This document shows positions 28,239 through 40,200 of a stretch of DNA of 64,000 bases, one piece after another; position 1 is the first letter of the stretch, and every line of letters starts with the position of its first letter. Position numbers and translations under genes: made by a program. Source of the stretch: Phoronis australis (lineage: Eukaryota; Animalia; Phoronida); the NCBI GenBank assembly GCA_002633005.1, contig NMRA01000078.1, positions 443,868-507,867 on the forward strand, in the 5' to 3' direction. The notes under the pieces were generated by a model. It did no database searches, was not told the DNA's origin, and saw nothing but the letters and a program-made list of their open reading frames with translations.

Positions 28239-31200
28239 CTGAAACACAAGAAAAAGAAGGGATTTTTTCATGATAATGAAAGTAAAATCAAGAAATTGGA
28301 AAAAGACGCGGCACTCGGCAGAGTAGTGCCACCTGTTGAATAACACCAGTGTTACATGCAGTCGCCAGTCGGTTAAATTTACGTCATTTAAATCCAAAAC
28401 TAATTATATTAAGTGAACTTCAACTACTATTAACATGGAAATGAATTTAACTGTATTCCTTAATTAATTAAAAGTTCAAATTTTTATTTAAAACACTTAC
28501 AAAAATCTGACATCACTGGCAACCCATTTGTAATCGGCACGCTTACCATGTATGCCATTGCATTATACAGTGTTCATTGACTCACCTTTTCAGGATCTGT
28601 TGATAGAGACTGGGCACGAAACCAGCAACTGCCTCCTTGGCGGCACTCTGACGGCGGAGCAGTGACGCCTCCTCCTGTAATTGGGGTGTATACATCATAG
28701 TGCGGTGTATTACAGGTTTGACTAGAATGAGTAACTGTTGCCAGCAATGACGATTTAGGCAAACAATGAGCATGTCATTCAATGTTGAAAAATTCCTTCG
28801 CTTATCTGCTATATTACTTATAAGCATGATGACAGCAAGTTAAATCGTGCTTGAAATTAAATTATTTTTAGTTCAATCAATGGTTTGTCAAATGAATAAG
28901 CTTAGCCAGGTTTGTGCAATGTTAATCACTCGGCACTCCAAGACAAAGCTGAATTTGTTTGCCCAAATAAGGCACGTGGTGCCATTATATCTGCCTTGGA
29001 ATGGAAGGCATGTCAGATCCCCTGTCTATAAAGATCCCATTTAGCAGTCTCCAGCAAGGCCTCGTAACACCAGTAAATAGGCTACTCAAAGCACCAGAGC
29101 GCAATGCCCAAGTTTACTGAGCCAGCATCAAGAAAAGACTGTTAAAAGGCTCCCTGTCAATAGATGGTGCAAGTATATCACTCGGCTATACATGATATCG
29201 CTAATAACCACAAGGGATAACACTGGTTTATTTATATGTGCAATTTTAGGGTTCAAACTGCTAGTCTAAACTGTATGAGTGAGATGAGTGCCACTTACAA
29301 CAATACCGCGGCCTGTAGGGGATGCCAGGCCTTTCTTCTGTGCATAGTGTTGAGCTGTGGACATACTCTCTGGTACGCTGAAGCGGGACCCAGTCCTGAC
29401 ATTATCGTATGTCATCGTACCGGTCATGTCTCCCTGTGACTCGGAGATCGACCCTGTCTCGGACTGAGACGGCGTGGGCACATTAATCCCTAGGTACTCC
29501 AGCACAATTCGACGCAGCCGTCGGTAGGCTTCAGTGATGTCATCTGAAAGAACCATGTTGGGTCAAGTATTGGCTTGTACTATGCTAGCCCATTATTTCA
29601 TAGTTTCATAGCTTTTAGACTTGGTTTTAATCACTACGACCATCACAAATTACAATGGGCACTTGGCACACAGGGGCTACCTTCCATCACACAACTAACT
29701 TTCCATTTAAACCTTTTATCGTTAGGGCTGTTCCAGCAAAATCTGTGTGGGAGGGGGGGAAGGCAACTGAAATAAAAATTTATGGGTGGTTGCGTTTGAT
29801 TTAAATTCAAAATGGCTGGTGGTCGTACTTCAAAAAAATTAAAATTTACAGGTCGTTGCTGTTTCATTGGGTCATAAATGTTTGATGGTGGGTAATTTTA
29901 GTAAATTTTATAAACAATCCACAGGGAATCAAAAACTGAAACAAAAATGCAACTTGCAAAAAGCTCCGACTTTTTCATTCCCTCCGATCTCCTAATCGGC
30001 ATGCCCATAACACCAGTTAATCACAGGTGCTCGAATTTCTCGATGGCTAATAACCATATATAAGAAACATGTTTTCTTGGTAATGAATGACATTAGTGGT
30101 GATGGAGGAACAGATAAACTCAAGCGCCTGTGCAGTCAACCACAAGAACAAAAAAAAATTATGGGTGGTTGCATTTCTAACTTATAAAAAATTACAGGTG
30201 GTAGGTTGAAGAAATAAATGAAAAATATGGGTAGTGGGTGCAAAAAAAGGTGCCTTCCCCCCCTCCCATACAGATTTTACTGGAACAGCCCTTATGAAAT
30301 TACTCTCAAACTTTTCCTTATAGAAATAGGAGGCGATTTCAGGGCTATGCGAGGATTGACAGTTTGTTATAGCTTGAGAGCAGGCTGTACAGTCAAGGTG
30401 ACTTGTCATGGCGTGCCATTTTATGAGCTGGGCATGGTCTTGGTGCATAACTAACTGTCAATTCTTTTTGCACACTTAGATATCATTTCTCATCTGAGCA
30501 ACAAGAGGAGGCCAATGTTACAGCATGAGTGGTCAAAAGTTTACTTCCTTGGATGGAACATAGATTTATAGCTGCTCTGAGTCACTATAGTATCTAGAGA
30601 GATAGGCATGGTGCTTAAAGTTTTCATTCACCTGTAGGTATGACCATGTCAAAGAATCCTGGGTGATCCTGGTGATGATGCACATAAAGTTCAGCTCTGT
30701 TCAGCGTGTATTCTATCTGGGGCTCAGAATAATGACCTCGCTCTCTTAGCCTCCTCTCGTGACTTTCTCGGTCCGACGGCATCACAAATATGTAACGTGG
30801 CTCAAAGTGGGTATTCTTTAGCGATAAGGCTCCCTACAAGGTGATTAAAATCCTAGTTAGTATATAGTCAACAGACATGTCAAACATGGATTCAGGCACC
30901 AAGGGTTGTTCAACTGATGAGTTGCGAATAAACTACAGAAATTAAGGAAGTGAAAATTGAGAAGCATTCAGCTTAAATCCAAGTAAATTTTTATTATTAC
31001 GTACATGCAAACACTAAAATTAGTACAATGAGATTTTTCAAAAATTATTACTGCTCAATTAGCACACAGGAGCATGTGAGCCCACACCTAGCTGTATACG
31101 ATGGTGCAAATGTCCATATTCACAACACAGTCCAGTCATTGCCTGGCCACTCAACCGCAGCCCCATGTTCACAACACAAGCCAGTCATTGCCTGGCCACT

Positions 31201-34200
31201 CACCTCCAGCCCCATGTTCACAACACAAGCCAGTCATTGCCTGGCCACTCACCTCCAGCCCCATGTTCACAACACAAGCCAGTCATTGCCTGGCCACTCA
31301 CCTCCAGCTCCATGTTCACAATACAAGCCAGTCCTTGCCTGGCCACTCTCTCAACTGCCTCTCGCTGCAGTCCAAACCAATGGCCACTGTACTGATATGT
31401 CAACAGAAATTGGCCCTAAAAACAACAATGCATCATCAGTTGAAGATAATTTCAATGAAATAGGAACAACTGTCTGGTACATATTTGCAGAAACAGAGGT
31501 AAAACAATTTGCTTTTAATTACTCTAATCGTGACCAGCAAAATAATCGTTTTGAAATGAGGGTTTTAAAGGTTTCAAACGTTTTAATGAATTTTAGATGG
31601 TAGAATTTACACTAACTGAATTTAGCAAGCTTACAACATTTACAGCCAAAATTCACTTTACACACATTTTATTACAATAAACAAAAAGGATATTTGTTGA
31701 CTCCTTATCTTAGGAGTGTGTAAATAACAAAATATAAATATAAGTTATTGAATGAAGGATGTGAATTCATTGTAAGGTTGTTTGACCCATTAGCTTGCCG
31801 TTTAATGCATTAATTATGTTTTCTGGTTTGTTTAAGAAGCTAAGTGAAACGAAGCGGTGACTTACCTGCTTGATGTCATTTTCAAACTCATCAATGCTCG
31901 TAAAGTTGTAGTCTTTGTTCGGCATCTCTTCATTATGGCGAGCTCTTGTTGTTGATAGTACACTGAAAGTCACAAAAATATTTATAAATAATTTCATGCG
32001 AAAAAGATCACAGACACTGCCATAGACCCAATCCCAATCACGACAAGGAATACATGATTCAGTTTATTATTCTTTCTCATAAAAACAATTGTACTATGGT
32101 GGACGATTCCAACTCCCAAGATATGCACAGTCACCCACACCTAATCTGGAAAAACATGGACTCTTCCAGACAACAACGCCACATAGTGGATGCATTGACT
32201 GAACAAGATGTCAGATTGCTGTAGAAATACACCAATACTATTCCACCACTTTAGACATGATCATCAGTTTAGATTCTTTTGTTATGATTATTATCAATAC
32301 TTACCCATAGTTAAAGTAATCGGAGAACTCCTCAACCAGTTTAAGAGCCAGGTCCTTCTTCCCCGACCCCTGGGGTCCCACTAACACCAGCATGGGGTAA
32401 GGAGTGTCCACACTAGGGAGGGTGCTGCAAGTAATACCATAGTTTTATTGGAGTGTCTCAGGTTAACAAGACGCACATGGCACAGGTAAAGTTAAAAAAA
32501 AAAAAACAGTGCAGGTGGTCTGATGTCATTTGCGGTGCATCAGACGTGCGCAGGCCTCATGGTTGGGCCCATTGCACAAAACACCTGAGCAAAGGCACGA
32601 GACCCCAAGTATGGCTCCTCGTGAAGAAAGTTTTCAAGTCTGCCAGTCTCCTTTAGGAAAACGGACAGACGTAAAGTTACCGCAACTGACCCTTCGTAAG
32701 ACAAATGTGAACTGTTCAAAAAATCAAATCACATTCATACGCAGAATATTTGAACTGTGCATGATAAAAATCGAGAAAACAGCCTGACGTACTTCAAAGA
32801 TAACATCATAGCACTATTCATTCTTTCACAAAAATCTTTGTTTGAAAATAAATGGCTTGGAATGACCAATGACAAAAAAGGGGAAAGTTTCCAGGTGATG
32901 TATCATCCCACAAATAAATAGGCTTGTGTGATAGAAATATATTTTGCGTAATGAAATTTTCCTGAAGTAAATGTTTTTGCATGAATAAAATCAAAATAAT
33001 GAGAAAAAAAACTGGATATCAAAAAAGAAGAAATTGAAACCAAAGCAGAGAAAATCCTTTTAAAAGAGGAATATTTTAAGTCCTGAAAGAATTACACAAA
33101 GTCATTTTGTTAACCAAATTATTAGAGAAAACCACATAGCCACTCTGAGCAGACTCAACCAAAGGATTTTACGAAGGTGTTCTTGATATAACTGTGGCCA
33201 GGTAACAATATGTGTCAAATTTTATGAGACAAAATGACCCAGAATCCCACCATCACCTGGAAATGCTATGGCATTTTTACATTTATTTTGCACAAAAATA
33301 GTTGCCAAATTCGCCAATTTACGTTACTCAAAACCAGATTATATATATTAATATTAAGTTATTACAAAAAATTGAAACTTTTTTCAAAAGTGTTAATGCT
33401 ACAGAACAAACCAATCAAAATGTAACTAAAATTTTCTAAATCATTATTTTAACTTGACGTTGAGAAAATCGAAAAAACAAAATTTCCCAACTTCATCACC
33501 TTATGTGCTGTCATAGAATTGCAGGAGTTAGGCACAATAACTAGATATTGCCCGTTTTTTGGGGGGAAACTGTTATTTTGCACTGTTACTTTTAGCACAT
33601 GTTGTTCATTGCACACGATGTGTTGTGTGTTCGTACCTGTCTCTGATGCGCTGTGGCTGTAGAAAGTTGTAGACAGTGTGCATTACGTGGTCCCTGGACG
33701 CCACCAACTCCATACTGGGATTATACATGTTGACCGCAGCCACCTGGTGGAGGAAAAAGTATTTTATGAGCTTGCCCTCTATACTCGGCTGGTATCATAA
33801 CCAAAATGTAAGAGTCGAAATAGAAACTCAAATGCTGCGTTAACAGAGTCGCAGGATGTGGGGAGAGGCGACTTATGCCCTGATTGATATCATCTGTCTA
33901 CACACCTGTCCTGTGCTTGCAGCATTAGTATTCCACAGACAAATACAGATGCATGCCTGCCTTCTCTAAACTACCACAAAGTGACACAGTATTGATTGAT
34001 GCTGTCATATGTTTTTGCAACGTTACAGCAGAAATGAACCTATAAGCATTAAACTGACCTATTCTCGATAGTTTTTATATCAAGAAATAACTAATAGCAC
34101 GTTAGTGATTTCCGTACGACATGACATCAACTTAATCTCTGTTCCAGGGAAAGTCTTGAGAGTTAAACGATATAAAATCATGAACTGCATATAAAAGATA

Positions 34201-37200
34201 TAGTTAAAACTATGTGATGAAATAAATATGCGTGATAACGCATTATTTACTATAATTATGTCTGTTCACAATGGAGCACAGAAAGATACATAGAAGAACC
34301 ACATGAATTGTCAATCAAATGTGATTGACATATAGCCACACCCTCTACCTTCTCCTCTGGTTCCACCTTGTGTCTGTCAAGTTCAGTCAGATGTTGAATT
34401 CTGAACAACACCGACAGTCTATAGTCAGGCAACTCTTGGATGGGGTTACGCATCAAGTTTAGCTGGCGCAGGAGAAATAACTCCTGAACGTACTGGATCT
34501 CAGCCATGTCAATAATCTAGCAATGAAAAGAAAAAAGTGTTCCGAAAAGCGTGAGTAGAGATTAGCTGGAACAAACTTATGATCTTCCAATCATCATGGC
34601 AGTAACACTGTAAATTTATGAACATTCAGTAAACACAACAATATTATATTAGTTTTAACAAAACTCTATCAACTATTACGACACACACTGAATTGAATGC
34701 TTCCTATTGGTTGCATCATATATTGAGTCCTTGTTTGTTTCTTCTACATTTCCAGCCCCTTTTTGACAAAAGTGAGAGTTGAAATATTAATCAATGCCAG
34801 ATAAACTTAATGAATAGTAAGTTTAACATATTTAATCTGCAAACGACAATACAACGAGACGGAAACGGAAGGGGTAATTCCAACCAAACACAGTCGTATG
34901 TACAACTGTTACAATANTTGTTATCGAATGCCCATTCTACGATGACCTTAGGAAACGATATTTGCCTGCATGGAGCTACAACAATCCCAATGTAGTTACA
35001 AAATTCCACAGACTCATGACTATGGAGGAAAAAGATCTTATATGGTCAACATGTAAATATGTTCATTTCGCATTCAAGCGAAGAAGAATTCGGTTTACTT
35101 CTAGTGTTTGACACTTACCTTTATTGTATTTGATGATTTGATTGTAACAAGGGCCGGAGGCCTAGTTATTGAATAAATATGTATATAGACATGTCCCAAC
35201 ATAATAATGAGACTATACTCCGTGAGCCTGGGTTGAGCACCTGCCATGTCAAACTAGTGCTCTCTTTTATGGACTCAAATGGATGATGCGACCAAAAGTA
35301 GCCCGGTAAGACTGGCCTTTATACAATACCTCATTTGACTCCAAGTCAATGATTTCCAACAAGTCGTGTTTCTCCAATCCTCGCATGCTCCTTATGTTGT
35401 TGCCTGCCACATTAACCTCCTGCAAGTGCTTCAGTTGACTTATGTTCTCAATCACACTTAACTGATTACAGCGCTGAAATAAAAACAACATTCAATTTGA
35501 TGGATGAACATCAAGATGATCTCAAGAAATCTGAGTAGTACAAATGCTTTGTATGGCTTTGTACTTAAAATAAAGAAAAATCCCAAAGTCAACCAAAGGA
35601 AAGAGAATTTTCCGATGGCCATTCCCCTAACCTAATCATTACTAAGCCACCGTTAACTTCAAAGATTGCGTTTACCTCCATATGGTGTTTAGATCGCAAA
35701 CTAGTCAACCTTGAAGCCTATTGAACTTTCTTTTACCAGTTCTTTTTTGAAAAACAAAATTTCAGAGAAATGTAAAATGTTTTAAAAAATATTTATATGT
35801 AATACTATGTCTTTGAAACTTTAAAATTGTCCACAAATGACCATTCATAGCTGTTTCAAATATTGCACTATTAATGAACATAGATAAGTTTTACTCTTAA
35901 TGGTGGTTTATGTTATACAGCACAGCACAAATGTTGACTATAGTCACAAATAAAGAGCGAGAAATTTCGGTCCATTAGGTGTCATCTGGGGACTGAATCC
36001 GAGGGTATAAAACATCACAGCATCATTTTCTTACAACTGCAAAATACCGAAGACCTCTTAAGTGTCTATAAATCATGCACCTTAAATTTGAATACAAAAT
36101 GGTTGCAATAACAGGTGATATATCCATAATAAGAAATGCTAAAAAAGGTAACTTTCAGACAGTGTAGATTCTCAAAAATCCAACGGTATACTCACAAGAT
36201 TTAGGTACTTGATTGGCAAATTTCCCAAACCACTGATCTTTGAAATCTGATTGTGGGCCAGACTCAGAAAGGACAGTCTGCAGCACTGGTCGATTCCCTG
36301 TATTACCTTTATTTTGTTATCTGTCACATGCTAAGGATGTTCACTATTATATTGAGTAAGGTTTATTTATGCTGTGAACAACGTTATGACTTAATTATGC
36401 TATGTTTTCAAATGACACTTATTTTGTTGCCAGAGGAAGAACATTCCCTATAATCTCAGATATAAACAGACAACGAAAGCAATCCGGGCAAAAACACATA
36501 TTTGAGATAGAGGGTGCTACTGCTGCCTGCCGGTGGATTAGTAGCTTTTCGAGTTTTCAACTTCCTAAAGCTTTTTCTTATACATTGTTGTACAATATAC
36601 AGTAATAGTTGGAAAAAAACGTGCCTGCATTTTGAGAACCAGTTTTGTTCACTGAATAAATTGGGCTTCAAACTGGTTCTCAAAATGCAGGTGCCCGACT
36701 ATTGCCCAAAATACACTACCGGCAGCCTTACTTGCAGCTCAAACAATAACTAACAATGAACAGTGAACTCATTAAAAATATATGTGCTACAAAAGGAGGA
36801 CTATTTCACTGCACGCCAAGCTACAAGCAGTGGACTATTTCAATAAATGGCTTCCACTGTGTGCTAGTCTATCAACAGCAAACTATTCCAGTAGAGTACT
36901 TAGTTCTACTCCTTGGGTACATTGAGTGATAGCAATGATGGTGGTTACTGACTTACGTACTACCAGCAAGACATTACCATTTACATAGAATAAAATACAG
37001 CACCATCAATAAAATATACACAAAACTTTTGATTATGTTATACGTTCTAAAAACGCTAAGGTTGCTATAATTGATAATGCCATACTTGTGTACATTAGCA
37101 ACCCATCAGGCTTTACTACACCCCAGCAAAATTTACAAAATTTTACTTTTAAACTCCCAAACTCCGATTAACTCAGATTACTTCATGACTTTTTGAGTTC

Positions 37201-40200
37201 CCTAATTGAGTAACCAGGGCATAAACCCAAAACAAGAAGGGTAAATTTAGTCAATTGTTAACATTTCCTAATCCACATACTGATTAATTGACTTGAAATC
37301 TACAAAATGTACATTTATGAAAGGATACTGTCTATGATGAGTTTTGACAGGTAGTGATGCATGGACAGGTCAGGTATTTCTTCCACACAATTAAACGAGA
37401 AGTCAACTGCCTTCAGATTCTTTGGAGCCTCAAAGTCGAGCAGGCGTGTCAGTTGATTATGGGACACATCCAGCTCCAGAAGGTAAGGCATGCATCCGAG
37501 TGCAGAAATGTCTGAAAATAGAAGGCAGATATATGCACACGTCAATATGTGAGCTTGTATTATACTATACAGTAATTCATGTCCTATTTGCCACACAATA
37601 TGGAGGACAGTTGAAACGAGGGTCAATACACAATTGACACCAGCTCTGGCAAATTTGAGTTATTTCTGGTTGTTTTAACGCAGCTATACCTGCATTCTGT
37701 CAAAAAAAATAAATGTAGGCAGACATGCATAGGCCGTGCATGTGGGCCCATTGCACTGAACATCTGGAACCATTTTTATGCTTTATTAATATATATTTAA
37801 AACCAAGCTGAGGAGATAGAAACTTGACTCAGGGTTTAGCAGTGTGACCCAGTGGGACTCGAACCCAAGACCTCGAGTAAAGAAAACAGGTGTTCTGTCA
37901 AAGAAACTACCGGTAACTACTAAACTAGATCACCTACTGTTATAAAGTTGATCTCAATTTGTTTTTTCAGATTAGAAGTGATTGTCTTGCAAACAACTGA
38001 CAGCTCGTTATTGCTTGAGACCAAGATTGGCATCAAATAACATGAAATACTGCGACAAGTTAATTTGTAGAGGCTGGTCTCAGGCAACGAAATGACTACT
38101 CCTTCCAAGCCCAAAAATCACATCTCTTATGACTATAAGGCCAAATTAAAGCCTTACAGTGAGTGGTCTACATCAAAAGTTGTTTTGTGACCGAAGGCAG
38201 ATTTATAGTAACTTTAAAATTTTGTAAAAGGATTTATTTAGGAAATGATATGTTGCTGAGAACCTGAGCATGTAATGAGCCTTTCATAAATGCAAGAAAT
38301 TGAATTGTGATTTTTCGTTTTCTGCTCATATACTCAGTAATTCTAATGTTCTACAGATACTGAGAGCATAAAGAAGAATGCCACCCAAAAAACCCCTACT
38401 TGTAGTTCTACTCGATAACGGCACGCTCAGTTGCGACACCTGACGGCAGACGGAGGTGATGAAATTATCCAATGACGTAATTGCTTTCACACACATTCTG
38501 TTCAGCAGTTCAAAACATGGGTTACTGGTGTCAGCTTATTGCTTGATTTCATCGTGTCAATTTCAAAAGACTTATTGTGAGTGAATGCCATTGGTGATTT
38601 ACAATCATCCACAAAATTCTAAGCCACTATGGGAAATAGTTACTTCCTCCAAGCCCAATGAGCCCCAATTGGTCCGTAATATAACCAGGTGAAATTGGAA
38701 ATGTACCATTAAACAAAGTCTATAGAATTGCTCTCATAACAAAACAGTTTTCTCCATAGCATGTATGTGGCTTTAAAGGCTAGCTGCAATACCTGTTAAA
38801 TTGTTGTATGGAATCTCTACTTTCTGAAGATGTTCATACTCTTGTAGAAGAGATATATCAACTAGGCTGAACCCCTGAAACAAATTACGAAATTGTTATT
38901 AAACATCTCACTCTAAGATAATTAAACGAGAAATTATATGAATTTAAGTACAACAGGCAACACAATTATTCCAACAGTGTTTTTTCCAAGTGCTTATAGC
39001 AATCTAGTCTATTGTTAAGCCCGGCTCTTTGGTGGTCTTTTGCATTGCAATAATTGGATATAACATGACCACATTTTGAGAACCAGTTTGATGTCTGTTA
39101 CTCAGTAGAGAAAACTGGTTCCTAATGCAGGCATGTTATATCCAACCCTTTGTCCAGGATCACACATGCTAATTTAAATAACATCAAATATCAACCACCG
39201 TGACATTTCCAAGAGTTACCATTGCTATTGTGGTAAGTGCTCTGTTTCATACCTAAGGATCGCTGTTCTTGGTATCGTCAGATGCTAGCTAGAAGCTGGC
39301 AATAATGGTTCTTGTAGTTATGAAGGTAGTGCTATGGCTAGGATTTCCAATGACTGGTCGGTAATAGTCGCATAGGTGGGCCCCTGAATTGAGAACCTGC
39401 TACTCCCACTGAATAATGCCCATTATTAAGTGAGAGTAGCTAGTTCTCAATCACCTTTAAATAAGGGATGCACCCATTGGACTTATTTCCGACCAGTCTT
39501 GGAAAGCCTCATGACTGGGGAAGAAACTCAGCAGCTGTATTCATTTAATAAGTCAAACCAAGCAGCTGTATTCATCAAATGAGTCAAATATAAGCAACNA
39601 GCACTGGCAAATTTGAGTTATTTCTGGTTGTTTTAACGCAGCTATACCTGCATTCTGTCAAAAAAAAAATAATTGTAGGCGGTCTGATACACATTGCAAC
39701 AGACATGCATAGGCCGTGCATGTGGGCCCATTGCACTGAACATCTGGAACCATTTTTATGCTTTAATTAATATATATTTAAAACCGAGCCGAGGAGATAG
39801 AAACTTGACTCAAGGGTTTAGCAGTGTGGCCCAGTGGGACTCAAACCCAAGACCTCGAGTAAAGAAAGCAGGTGTTCTGTCAAAGAAACTACCGGAAACT
39901 GCTACACTAGATCACCTACTGTTTTAAAGTTGATCTCAATTTGTTTTTTTCAGATTAGAAGTGATTGTCTTGCAAACAACTGACAGCTCGTTATTGCTTG
40001 AGACCAAGATCGGCATCAAATAAAATGAAATACCGCGACAAGTTAATTTGTAGAGGCTGGTCTCAGGCAACGAACTGACTACTCCTTCCAAGCCCAAAAA
40101 TCACATCTCTTTTGACTATAAGGCCAAATTAACGCCTTACAGTGAGTGGTCTACATCAAAAGTTGTTTTGTGACGGAAGGCAAATTTATAATAACTTTAA

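Noticed and set aside
31028-31603. 191-aa plus-strand ORF with repeats
   Set aside because: A by-product of the 49-bp minisatellite, antisense to LRGUK exon 11
38793-38874. Duplicated LRGUK exon 3 as a real exon duplication
   Set aside because: Part of a 2-kb duplicate joined at n39599; the exon is identical and including both copies would frameshift
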